A DNA stretch of 64,000 bases from an uncultured Chitinophagaceae bacterium (GCA_963840755.1 CAWJAG010000024.1:137249-201248); one strand, 5' to 3'. Positions 10,128 through 22,980 are shown, counted from the stretch's first letter. The notes: a model not told the origin generated them from the sequence alone. Translations and numbers: made by a program.

Positions 10128-12666
10128 ATGGATAATAATTTTTCAGCACAGGTTAAGGAGATCATCTCGTTCAGCAGGGAGGAAGCACTCAGGCTTGGCA
10201 ATGATTTTATCGGCACCGAGCATCTTTTGCTCGGCCTGATAAGGGAAGGGGATAATACGGCAGTCCGTATCCTTAAAAGTTTTAATGTTGATCTGTATGA
10301 ATTGCGAAAAGAAATTGAACTGGCGGTAAAGGATAAGACAGGAAAAAATATTGCCAATATCAACAGCCTGCCGCTTACCAAGCAGGCAGAAAAAGTGATC
10401 CGGGTTACGGTGCTGGAAGCAAAAGCATTGAAGAGTGCAACAGTGGAAACAGAACACCTGATGCTTTCTATTTTAAAAAACAAAGAAAATATTGCAACAC
10501 AAATCTTAAATCAATTTGACGTGGACTACGATCTTTTCAGACAGGAACTGGGAATCGTAAAATCAAACGATCCCCGTGCCGAATTTCAGGATGAAAATGA
10601 TGATGATTTTGATGAAGAGAAAAAATATTCCAGCCAAAAAGCAGGCAGCAAACAACAGGGTGCTGCAAAAAGTAAAACACCTGTGCTCGATAATTTTGGC
10701 CGTGACATTACCAAGATGGCTGAACTCGGTGCATTGGATCCCATTGTTGGCCGTGAAACAGAAATTGAAAGGGTTTCGCAGATACTTTCCCGCCGAAAAA
10801 AGAATAACCCGATATTGATCGGTGAACCGGGTGTGGGTAAAACAGCAATTGTGGAAGGGCTTGGCCTTGCGAATTGTGCAAAGAAAAGTTTCAAGGGTAT
10901 TGTTTGATAAAAGAGTTATTTCACTTGACCTGGCTGCATTGGTGGCCGGTACAAAATACCGTGGCCAGTTTGAAGAAAGAATGAAAGCCATCATGAATGA
11001 ACTGGAAAAGAACAGGGATGTCATTCTTTTTATTGATGAATTGCATACCATTGTAGGTGCCGGTGGCGCCAGCGGTTCATTGGATGCCAGCAATATTTTT
11101 AAACCGGCATTGGCAAGAGGCGAACTGCAATGCATCGGTGCTTCCACACTGGATGAATACAGAATGTATATTGAAAAAGATGGGGCATTGGACCGCCGTT
11201 TTCAAAAAGTAATGGTGGACCCGCCAAGTGTGGATGATACTATTCAGATACTGAATAATATCAAATCGAAATATGAGGAATATCATAATGTAAATTATGA
11301 CCAGGAAGCCATTGATGCCTGTGTGAAACTGAGCGACCGTTATGTAACCGACCGCTTGCTTCCGGATAAAGCGATTGATGTAATGGATGAAGTGGGAGCA
11401 AGGGTGCATTTGAAAAATATCAATGTTCCTGAAAATATTGTTGACCTGGAGAAGAAAGATCGAGGATGTAAAGAATGAAAAGAATAAAGTGGTAAAGAGC
11501 CAGAAATTTGAAGAAGCTGCTTCATTAAGGGATACAGAAAAACGTTTGCAGGAAGACCTGGAAAAAGCCAAAAATATCTGGGAAGAGGAAAGCAAACACA
11601 AACGTTTCCCGATTGGCGAAGAAGATATTGCTGAAGTGGTGAGTATGATGACGGGCATACCGGTGAAAAGAATGGTGCAGGCAGAAACAGAGAAGCTCCG
11701 CAAAATGGCTGATGATATGACGGGCATGGTGGTGGGGCAGGATGAAGCGATCGGCAAAGTGGTAAAAGCCATTCAGCGGAACAGGGTGGGATTGAAAGAT
11801 CCCGAAAAAACCAATTGGTACTTTTATTTTCCTTGGCCCTACAGGTGTTGGTAAAACAGAGTTGGCAAGGGCATTGGCAAGATATATGTTTGATTCAGAA
11901 GATTCACTTGATCCGGATAGACATGAGTGAGTACATGGAAAAATTCACCGTAAGCCGTTTGATTGGCGCACCTCCCGGTTATGTGGGTTATGAAGAAGGC
12001 GGTCAGCTTGACAGAAAAAGTTCGCCGCAAACCTTACAGCGTTATCCTGCTGGATGAAATTGAAAAAGCACACCCGGATATTTATAATATATTATTACAG
12101 GTACTGGATGACGGGCAATTGACAGATGGCCTGGGCCGTAAAGTTGATTTCAAGAATACACTGATCATCATGACATCCAATATTGGTGTCCGGCAGTTAA
12201 AAGATTTTGGCGCCGGGGTTGGATTTGCTACTGCATCAAGAGTGGAAAATGAGGATGAGGCCAATAAAGCAGTGATTGAAAAAGCGTTGAAGAAAACCTT
12301 TTCACCTGAATTTTTGAACAGGATCGATGATATGGTGATATTCAACAGCCTTACCAAAGAAAATATCTTCAACATCATTGATATCCTGATGAAGGGTGTG
12401 ACGAAGCGGCTTGACTAATCTTGGATTCAGCCTTGAACTAACGGAAGGTGCAAAATCTTTCCTGGCTGATAAAGGATATGATGCAGCAGTTTGGTGCAAG
12501 GCCGCTGCACAGGGCCATCCAAAAATACCTGGAAGATCCGCTGGCAGAAGAGATACTGAACCTGAATGTAAAAGCAGGTGATGTATTGGAGGCGGATGCA
12601 GATGCAGAGAATACCAAGCTTACTTTTAGTTTTAAAAGCAGAACAGAACAGAAATCAGAAGCATAA
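10128..12666 (+). CDS. clpC: ATP-dependent Clp protease ATP-binding subunit ClpC (split by several frameshifts)
   Basis: Clp-N repeats, [15 protein letters not shown], second AAA ([23 protein letters not shown]) across consecutive ORFs. Confidence 0.95.
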
Positions 12667-12691
12667 ATAACTTCTTTTAATATTTATCTTG

Positions 12692-12728
12692 AAGAGGGTG
12701 CTATAAACGGCACCCTCTTTTTATTTTA
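12692..12728 (+). terminator. intrinsic terminator after clpC
   Basis: AAGAGGGTGC-TATAAACG-GCACCCTCTT followed by a T run. Confidence 0.8.
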
Positions 12729-12934
12729 TGATTCGTAGCCCCGGAAAAGGAATGGAGAAGACTTATACCAATTAGACTTTAGAAAGATACTATCAGGAAT
12801 TTTTCTTTTTCTCCCTGCCAATCGGCAGGCAGGTCTTTTGCCTCTGGAGAAATGTATTTAGCCATCGATGTATTGGTTTTTGAGGCTATTGATTTAATGT
12901 CTATTTGGTATAATTCATATTTTGAGGTGCACCC

Positions 12935-13563
12935 GCCCCATCGGGGCAACCTTTTGGTAACAGAAAAGATTGTAATTTGAGGGTAAGCCCCATTGGGGCG
13001 ATATTAAATCAATTATATTATGGCCAATACTTATTCTCAAATTTCTATTCACTCTGTATTTGCCGTAAAAAGCAGAGATAATTTTATTACCCGTGATTGG
13101 CGGGATTCCTTGCATAGTTATATATCTGGCATTATTAAAGGGAATAACGCAAAGTCTTTAGCCGTTGGAGGATGGAAAGATCATGTACACATTTTTTTCG
13201 GGATGCCTGTAACTACCTGTATTGCCGATTTCATGAGTATTGTCAAAGCAAGCAGCAGTAAGTGGATTAATGAGCAGGGATTTATCAAAGGAAAATTTCA
13301 ATGGCAGTCCGGCTATGGAGCATTCTCTCATTCCAAAAGCCAGAGAGATGGGGTTATAAATTACATTATGACCCAGGAGGAACACCACAGGATCAAAACA
13401 TTTAAGGAGGAGTATTTAAAAATGCTGGCTGACTTTGAAGTGGAATATGATGAAAAATATCTTTTTGAGTTTTATGATTAATAGGGGTTCAAAGGGTCGC
13501 CCCTCTGGGGCTTTATCCCATCCCTTGCATTACTCTTCTACCATAATACCGGCCATATTGGCC
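12935..13563 (+). mobile_element. REP-flanked HUH (IS200/IS605 TnpA or RAYT-like) element
   Basis: GCCCC-N3-GGGGC hairpins at 12935-12947, 12987-12999 and 13499-13511, plus GGCC-ATATT-GGCC at 13551-13563, inverted around tnpA. Confidence 0.75.
13020..13481 (+). CDS. tnpA: IS200/IS605-family Y1 transposase
   Basis: DHVH HUH motif, WQSGYGAFS, catalytic Tyr in NYIMTQEEHH. Confidence 0.92.
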   Translation: MANTYSQISIHSVFAVKSRDNFITRDWRDSLHSYISGIIKGNNAKSLAVGGWKDHVHIFFGMPVTTCIADFMSIVKASSSKWINEQGFIKGKFQWQSGYGAFSHSKSQRDGVINYIMTQEEHHRIKTFKEEYLKMLADFEVEYDEKYLFEFYD

Positions 13564-13652
13564 TTTATTGAAGGAAACTGATTTTAACAAATGAAGAAAA
13601 AGTCAGCACCTCAAAATATGAATTAGCTGCGGAGTAGTATTTTTGTAAACGG

Positions 13653-14339
13653 ATGGCTAAAAAGATAATCATAACAATTGATGGCTGGAGCAGTTGCGGC
13701 AAAAGCACTTTAGCGAAACAATTAGCAAAGGCTTTAGGCTATGTGTATGTTGATAGCGGTGCCATGTACCGTGCCATTACTTTATATTTCCTGAGGAATA
13801 ATATTGATCTGGCTGAAAAGAAAGAAGTAAAGGAAGCTCTTAAAAGCATCAACCTCGAATTTGAATTTAATCCCCAAAGCAACAACAGCGAAATACTGCT
13901 TAACGGCGAAAATGTGGAATACCTGATCAGGGATCTGATAATTGCCGAAAAAGTAAGCGATGTGGCTGCTATAAAAGAAGTGCGGGAATTTGCGGTTGCC
14001 CAGCAGCAAAAAATGGGGGAGAAGAAAGGGATTGTAATGGATGGCCGGGATATAGGCACTGTGGTGTTCCCCAGGGCAGAATTAAAAATATTTATGACGG
14101 CCGATAATGCAGTAAGGGTGCAGCGGCGGTTTAAAGAGTTGTATGAAAAAAACCCTAATATAACAATTGAAGAAGTAAAAAATAATTTAGAAATGCGGGA
14201 TTACATTGATAGCCACCGGGAAGTAAGCCCTTTACGCAAAGCTGAGGATGCAATCGAAATTGATAACTCTAACCTTACTGAAAAAGAACAGTTTAATAAA
14301 TCTATGACCCTTGTTAAAGAGAAAATAAGAACTACGTAG
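13653..14339 (+). CDS. cmk: cytidylate kinase
   Basis: IDGWSSCGKST, DSGAMYRA, MDGRDIGTVV. Confidence 0.96.
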   Translation: MAKKIIITIDGWSSCGKSTLAKQLAKALGYVYVDSGAMYRAITLYFLRNNIDLAEKKEVKEALKSINLEFEFNPQSNNSEILLNGENVEYLIRDLIIAEKVSDVAAIKEVREFAVAQQQKMGEKKGIVMDGRDIGTVVFPRAELKIFMTADNAVRVQRRFKELYEKNPNITIEEVKNNLEMRDYIDSHREVSPLRKAEDAIEIDNSNLTEKEQFNKSMTLVKEKIRTT

Positions 14340-14576
14340 GAAAACGTATAAATATTTTGCAATCCCAATAATTAAGGATGTAGCTTTACCCTTTATTCTG
14401 GTAATAATCTTATCTACATCCTTCGAAACCAACCCTGCGTATCATTAAGGCTTTACACTTATTAGCAACATTTAGTTGAAAATCCCATCTGTTGAAAAAT
14501 CTCAAAGTAATTTTTGATCCACCCTTCTATGTTACTTTTATTCCTTGCGAATGAATGCTTTCATTCTTTGCAGGTA

Positions 14577-14685
14577 ATACCACCAAGTCCTTCCTTTAGA
14601 ATGCCGCTATCTTCCATCTCCTCATGATCACCACTTAAAAGTGGATGAATTAACTCATCATATACGGTGGTGACACCATTAAACA
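14577..14685 (+). promoter_or_regulatory. conserved structured 5' leader, copy 1 (uORF MPLSSISS at 14601-14627)
   Basis: near-identical to 16014-16123; hairpins CCACT-TAAA-AGTGG, GATGA/TCATC and GGTG-GTGA-CACC. Confidence 0.7.
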
Positions 14686-14714
14686 ATTATTTAATTAAAC
14701 AAAATTCCCGAGCA

Positions 14715-15655
14715 ATGAAAAAAATTTTACTTTCCTTATTTTTAATTGGAGCAATTGGCTCAATTAACCAATCAAGAGCCCAATGTTCTGGCGCAACTAT
14801 TGTAATCAACAATTTTCTGTATCTGCCAGGTTCAGGTGTTGTTACATATAATTATAACTGGACTTATACTCAAGGTAATGCTTCCATTGAATTGGTATTT
14901 CTATGTAATGGTAACCAGGTGGCTTCTGTTGCTTGTATCGAAAGGTTGAGAGATTTTCCGGGGACGCATAATGTAAGTGGGAGCTTTGTTCTTCCCAATA
15001 CATGTATAGGAACATTTCGGATGCTTATAAAAGTATGGTCTAATAATTCATGCGGGGGTACATCTTGTAACGACAATACGAGGGATATAAGCAATATTAC
15101 CCTGCCTGTATCTCTTAAATCTTTTTCTGCCAGCAGGAATAATTCTGTTATAACAATTAAATGGGAAACTTCTACTGAGCAAAATAGCCGTGGTTTTGCA
15201 GTAGAAAGAAATAATGGTAATGGAGAATGGCAAGAGGTTGCTTTTGTTCATCACAAGCAGCAGGTGGCAATAGTTCTTCTGATCTGGCCTATCAGTTTAC
15301 TGATGCTAATAATTCAAAAACTATTACTCAATACCGTATCCGCCAGGTTGATATGGATGGCAAGACAAAATACAGTGAGGTGCGTTCAATAAAGGGTACT
15401 GATCAAAAAGGCGGTGTAATAGCTTTATCCTAATCCAAGCAACGATGGTAAAATAAACATTGTGTTTGAAGACAGGAATATTGTAAGGGATGTAGCTGTA
15501 TCAGATATGGGCGGCAGGGTTGTAAAACAACTGAAAGCCGTATCAAGCAACAGTGTGGTAATTGAGAACTTGTTTCTGGTATGTACACCATCCGCATTAC
15601 CGTACCTGCCACAGGTGAACAGTTAATTGAAAAACTAATAGTGAATAAGCATTAA
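14715..15655 (+). CDS. T9SS type A sorting domain protein 1 (frameshifted)
   Basis: signal peptide, Cys-rich domain, LPVSLKSFSA Ig-like module, YPNPS...EKLIVNKH CTD read across frames. Confidence 0.85.
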
Positions 15656-15660
15656 ATAAT

Positions 15661-15719
15661 GCTCAGGGTTTTTTTAATTAAAACCTCCGGGGTTGCCTTT
15701 TGGCAGCCCCTTTTTTATT
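15661..15719 (+). terminator. double hairpin and intrinsic terminator, copy 1
   Basis: GGGGTTGCC-TTTT-GGCAGCCCC followed by a T run; nearly identical at 17575-17634. Confidence 0.8.
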
Positions 15720-16013
15720 GCCACAAAAGCAAGGGGGAAGGCAATATTACTTTCCTATTTTCTTTAGCAGCATTAACTTGCAAACTGATGAATTATCTAT
15801 AACCAAGATTTTAGACGTATTGCAATTACACATTATAAGCAAAAAAAATAAGTATAAAAGCTTGCAAGGTTTTGGTTTATTACTTAGTTTTGATTTCTTC
15901 TCTGATTAAGTAGCTTTTCACTATCCCCTAAAAAACCTTAAAGCACCATCCATATATCTTTTAAGTAAGTCTGTGTAATAATACCGGTTTATTTTAAAGG
16001 TTTTTCCTATTAG

Positions 16014-16123
16014 ATACCACCTACTTCTATTCCTTAGAATGCCGTCATCTTCCATCTCCTCATGATCACCACTAACAAGTGGATGAATTAACTCATCATA
16101 TACGGTGGCAACACCATTAAACA
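16014..16123 (+). promoter_or_regulatory. conserved structured 5' leader, copy 2 (uORF MPSSSISS at 16039-16065)
   Basis: near-identical to 14577-14685; hairpin loops changed to AACA and GCAA. Confidence 0.7.
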
Positions 16124-16147
16124 TTTTTAACCATTTAAATCTTGGGC

Positions 16148-17569
16148 ATGAAAAAGTTATTACTTTTATCAGCAGCGATTGGCTGCACATTTATCTCCTT
16201 CTCACAAGTAACACAACCTGCGGCACCTATAGCCTGCAACGCAAACAACTGTACGCCACCACTCTCCGAAACATGTGTTGGAAACTCCAGTGTGGTTACC
16301 AGTTTTAGCAATACCGCTACATTACGTACCGGTTCTGCAAACAGTGTTGGTGCTATGTACACTTTTTATAATGTAGCCACGGTATCTGGCCAGCAAATTA
16401 ATGCTACTGTTACTATTGATGCTACATCAAATGCATCTGTTGACAATATTGATGATAATAGTGTTACAGCCTCCTATTTTGCGCCAAGGGTTGGCCCAAC
16501 AGGTGGCACCCTTGGCACTACGGACAGAAGGGGTTATGCACAGTTTACAATACGTTTTTTCCAGGAAAACGGTACAGTAGGCACCCAGCAGTACACTGGC
16601 TTAGCAGGTGATGATTATTCAACCGTTGCTTTCTTGAGCGGATTAAATTATATCCATTATGATGTGGATGGTAGCGATGTTGGTACAGGCGGTGGATGGT
16701 TTAGAGAAACCGGGTTGGTAAAAAACGTAGGTTCGGTATCCACTTTTGCTGATGCAAGTACAGAATTGGTTCCTTATACATATACCGATGGCGGTTTTAA
16801 CTGGAAAGGTTTTGCCGGTTCTGTTTGTGAGAGAACAGGTGTTTCCAATTGTGCACAAGTGGCTGTTTCTGCAAACTATCCGGGGCTTATGTCTGCCATT
16901 ACGGTACGTATGGGATACGATTATAACCATGTTAGTGGTGGTACAATGGGTACACCACCTGTTCGCCAGTATGGTTCAAGGTTCGGTTGTTTTTCATTTC
17001 CCCAGCAACAACCATTGCCGGTAAGCCTTAAAAATTTTACGGCTGTACGCACCAGCAACAGTGCTGCTTCTGTTAAGTGGGAAACTACAACTGAACAAAA
17101 TAATAGCGGCTTTGTAATTGAAAGAAACCTCAATGGTGTATGGGAAGAAGTGGCCTTTGTTCCAACTATGGCAGTTGGTGGTAATAGTAATTCTGTATTA
17201 AGCTACAGTTATTCAGACCCTAACTCTTCAAAAAGCATGAGCCAGTACCGCCTTCGCCAGGTGGATATTGATAGCCGCATTAAATACAGCGAAATCCGTT
17301 CTGTAAAAGGTGTTGATCAAAAAGGCGGGGTTATACTTTATCCCAATCCAAGCAACGATGGTAAAATAAACATCGTATTTGAAAATAAAAATGTGGTGAG
17401 GGATGTAGCCGTATCTGATATGGGTGGCAGGGTTATAAAACAACTGAAAGCTATATCAGCTAATAGTGTGGTAATAGATAATTTGGTTTCTGGTATGTAC
17501 ACCATCCGCATTACAGTGCCTGCAACAGGTGAGCAGGTAATTGAAAAAGTGGTAGTGAATAAACATTAA
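16148..17569 (+). CDS. T9SS type A sorting domain protein 2
   Basis: signal peptide, PLPVSLKNF module, LYPNPS...GMYTIRI...KVVVNKH CTD. Confidence 0.9.
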   Translation: MKKLLLLSAAIGCTFISFSQVTQPAAPIACNANNCTPPLSETCVGNSSVVTSFSNTATLRTGSANSVGAMYTFYNVATVSGQQINATVTIDATSNASVDNIDDNSVTASYFAPRVGPTGGTLGTTDRRGYAQFTIRFFQENGTVGTQQYTGLAGDDYSTVAFLSGLNYIHYDVDGSDVGTGGGWFRETGLVKNVGSVSTFADASTELVPYTYTDGGFNWKGFAGSVCERTGVSNCAQVAVSANYPGLMSAITVRMGYDYNHVSGGTMGTPPVRQYGSRFGCFSFPQQQPLPVSLKNFTAVRTSNSAASVKWETTTEQNNSGFVIERNLNGVWEEVAFVPTMAVGGNSNSVLSYSYSDPNSSKSMSQYRLRQVDIDSRIKYSEIRSVKGVDQKGGVILYPNPSNDGKINIVFENKNVVRDVAVSDMGGRVIKQLKAISANSVVIDNLVSGMYTIRITVPATGEQVIEKVVVNKH

Positions 17570-17574
17570 AAAAT

Positions 17575-17634
17575 GCTCAGGGTTTTTTAATTAAAACCTC
17601 CGGGGTTGCCATTTTTGGCGACCCCTTTTTTATT
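17575..17634 (+). terminator. double hairpin and intrinsic terminator, copy 2
   Basis: GGGGTTGCC-ATTTTT-GGCGACCCC followed by a T run. Confidence 0.8.
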
Positions 17635-17652
17635 TCATTAATTATGAGTAAA

Positions 17653-18030
17653 TTATTTTTTAGCTGTACCAATTAATGATAATTCCGGGGATGCGTTTTG
17701 GATTTGACCTGGCAATACTTTTGAAGGGAAGTAATTAAAACTAAATAGTTGTTGATTTGCTGCATTTGGCATTATTGTAAATAGCTTCATATTAGGAACT
17801 ACACAAATCATATTGTCTGTTTGCAGGGTAACAATTTTTTCATCATCAGATAAAATAGGAGGAATTCGGAATTGAATTTTATTAACTTCTGCAAATGGGG
17901 TAAAGATTTTTGCCTTAGCACCTGCCTCCTTTTCCTGCTGTATTTTTTTTGTTATTTCAGACAGGCTTATTTGCTGTGCCTTTGCAGAAGCACAAGCCAT
18001 TATTCACGGTGATAAAAATATTTTTTTCAT
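17653..18030 (-). CDS. hypothetical exported protein
   Basis: 115-aa ORF; an MKKIFL signal-like start lies just upstream in another frame. Confidence 0.5.
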
Positions 18031-18067
18031 AAAATCTATTTACTAAGTCTAAGTTGGTATTATTTCC

Positions 18068-19714
<1,647 letters not shown>

Positions 19715-19748
19715 TCTTATTTATTATTGAGATTTAATATTTTTTATT

Positions 19749-20763
19749 TCAGGAACCAAAAGTGCTGATAGTTTTCTCCACCATTTCATTCGTTATATCT
19801 AAATGTACTACTAACCTTACTCGATTGGGAGAAATAGCATAACCAAGAATGTCATGTTCTTTTAGTTTGGTTACTAAGTCCGGATGCAGATAAACCTTCC
19901 TTCAATTCAAAAATGATGATATTGGTTTCAACTGGCATCACGATTTTACAAATTGCTTTGTTTCCATTGCTTCTGCCAATTAATTTTGCATGTGAATGAT
20001 CATTTGCCAATCGTTCAATATTATTTTGCAACGCATAAATACCTGCTGCAGCAATAAAACCTGCCTGCCGCATCCCTCCGCCAAAAACTTTTCTTATTCT
20101 TCTTGCTTTTTTTATAAAATCTTTTTTGCCCAACAATAAACTTCCAACCGGGCAACCTAAACTTTTACTAAGGCAGATAGAAATACTGTCAAATGCTTCA
20201 CCGTATTGTTTTGGCGTTTCGTTTTTTGCAACCAATGCATTCCACAATCTGGCACCATCTAAATGAAAGGCCAGTCCTTTTTCTTTACAAACAGTTTGTA
20301 TCTTTTTTATTTCATTAAAATCATAACAACTGCCGCCACCACGGTTACATGTATTTTCCAACGAAACCAAACTGGTATGTGGCCGGTGTGCATCATCTGG
20401 TTGTATGGCATGCAAGAACCTGTTCAGCAGTAATTCTTCCCCTGTCGCCATGCAATAATTTTACTGATGCACCTGAGTTAAAAGCAATGCCACCACCTTC
20501 ATATTGATACACATGGGAGCTTTCATCACAGATCACTTCATCACCGGGTTGGGTATGGCATTTAATGGCAATCTGGTTGGTCATGGTTCCCGAAGGGCAA
20601 AAAAGAGCAGCATCCATTCCAAACATTTCGGCAGCCATATTTTCCAATTCATTAATAGAAGGGTCTTCACCAAACACATCATCACCCACTTTGGCTTTCA
20701 TCATAGCCTCCAGCATGGCAGGGGTGGGCTTGGTAACAGTATCCGAACGAAATCAATTATCAT
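19749..20763 (-). CDS. ltaE: low-specificity L-threonine aldolase (frameshifted)
   Basis: VGDDVFGEDP, SGTMTNQ, HLDGARLWNA, SKSLGCPVGS, GGGMRQAG. Confidence 0.92.
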
Positions 20764-20859
20764 CAGTAAAATTTGCTGCAATATACTCCGTTCACCCTTT
20801 AAATAGAGCAGTTGGCGAAGAAGTGGGGTATTATACACCAGTTTAATTAATTTGCTGCC

Positions 20860-22008
20860 ATGCTTGATACCCAGATAGAAAGACTGGCTGTACTGATTTT
20901 ATTTTCCATGGTAATGCTTATTGCCGGGCTTTACCTGCTTGCAAATTTCAGTACCCTTTTCCGTTACCGGATAAAGAATGAGGTGCTTAGCAGAAATATA
21001 GTGGTATGGATGATTGGGGTTTGTTTCATCATGGCTATTACACCAACATCCCCCGAATTTTATTCGAGTCTTAGTATGAATAAGCTCCACAGGTTTTTTA
21101 TACTACAACTTATAGCCGTTACTGTCATGGTGTTATTTGTTTTCAATATTACCTGGTTTGTTTCTGAAAGAAAATTTATTCAAAAGCTTCCTTTAAAAAG
21201 AAGATGGCTGTTGTCCTGCTTACTATTATTGTTTGTACCATTGTCAATAGGTGTTTTAATAAATTTTTGTGGAAATCATGGCTCTTTCAAAAATATATAA
21301 TTCTCCGTTCTCTTTAATTTCTATACAGGTTGTATGACGGGGCTTATTTATATAGCCATGAGTTATGCAGAACTGGCAACGAAAACGAAAATTAGATGAA
21401 AAGGAACTGGAACTATCCCGCCTGCGGGAATTAAAAACAAAAGCTGAATTGGATGCATTGCATTCAAAGATAAATCCTCATTTTTTATACAATGCGTTAA
21501 ACTCGATAGCCGATCTATCTGTAACTGATGGAAAAAAGGCAAGAAAGATGACTATTGCATTGGCTGATTTATTCCGCTACAGCATCAATCACAGCAACAA
21601 TAATTATTCACCTGTAAAGGATGAAGTGGAAATGGCAGAAGTGTATTTGCAAATTGAAAAAATAAGGTTTGAAGACCAGCTTAATTATTCGGTAAAAGCA
21701 GAGGCCGGGTTCAATCATTATTTATTACCCAGGTTTATTTTGCAACCAATAGTGGAAAATGCAGTAAAGCATGGATTAAAAGCCACTGGTAAAATGACGG
21801 AGATACAAATTGAAGTGGCAAGACTGAATGATGGCTTGCTGTTAACAGTTGCAGATAACGGCCCGTTTTCCCGGATGAGTTAACTCCCGGTTATGGTGTA
21901 AAAAGTGTTTTTGATAAACTGGATTTGCTTTTCCCCAGTCAATATGAAGTACAGTTTACCAATGAACCGGGAAACAGGTAGCCGTTCATATTCAAAAATT
22001 AATGAAAG
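20860..22008 (+). CDS. LytS/YehU-type sensor histidine kinase (frameshifted)
   Basis: N-terminal TM helices; LHSKINPHFLYNALNSI, LQPIVENAVKHG. Confidence 0.85.
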
Positions 22009-22775
22009 ATGAACCAGTTGTTTAAGGCAATAGTAATAGATGATGAACCAGCTGCCCGCAGGCTGATGAAAAGCCTTTTGCTGGAGCATAAAGATATAGT
22101 GGAGGTGATGGATGAGGCAGGTAATGGGAGGGAGGCTATTGAAAAAATTGAAGATGTTGAAACCGGATTTGATTTTCTTAGACATCCAAATGCCCGACCT
22201 TACAGGATTTGAAGTAATAGAAAAACTGCAGCATAAGCCGAATATTATTTTTACTACTGCTTATGAGCAGTATGCCATCAAAGCATTTGAGACTTTTTCT
22301 ATTGATTATTTGCTTAAACCAATTAAGGAAGAAAGGCTGGAGCAAAGCATTGATAAGTTAAAACAATTTGGAAAGTCAATAAGCCCGATAGATGTAAGCA
22401 GCCTGCAGCAAATTATCAATCAACTGAAAGCCCCGCAAAAATCAACAGCCCTTCCAATAAAAACCGGCGACCGGATATTTTGGTAAGGTTTGAGAAGATA
22501 GCTTACTTGGAGGCCAATGATAAATATGTATTTGTATTTACTACCGATGGACAACAAATACCTTACCGATCAAACGCTTACACACTGGAAGAAAAACTAC
22601 CTCCACAATTTTACCGCATCCAGAAATCATTCATAATTAATAAGGAAAAAATAAAAGAGATGCACCGGCATTTTAATGGCCGCTATCTCTTTGTAATGGA
22701 TGATAAGGCTGGCACCCAACTTACCTCTGGCCGCACTTATCACGATGGCATAAAGGCAGAATTTGGGCTTATAGA
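22009..22775 (+). CDS. LytTR family response regulator (frameshifted)
   Basis: IDDEPAAR, FLDIQMP, FTTAY, DYLLKP, FYRIQKSFIIN. Confidence 0.9.
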
Positions 22776-22950
22776 TCCTCTTTTCCAGCAATTTCCTACA
22801 GTACCATCTTATTTAACCGCCTATGTTATAATTCGTCCAGTTTCGCTATCAAAAAATCTTTTGTAACCTGATTTCGCTCTGCTGCGTCACAACCATGTCA
22901 TCATAAACGGCCAGTCATCCCTAAAATTAGGCCGTTTAATTTAAAACAAT

Positions 22951-22980
22951 GTACTTTGTAATACAAAGTACTTAATTTTG
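22951..22980 (+). promoter_or_regulatory. perfect 21-bp palindrome next to a -7 promoter box
   Basis: GTACTTTGTA-A-TACAAAGTAC at 22951-22971, then TAATTTTG at 22973-22980. Confidence 0.6.

Noticed and set aside
15921-16190. 89-aa minus-strand ORF across leader copy 2
   Set aside because: It is antisense to the conserved leader, and the changes between copies fit plus-strand GNRA loops. Probably a shadow ORF.
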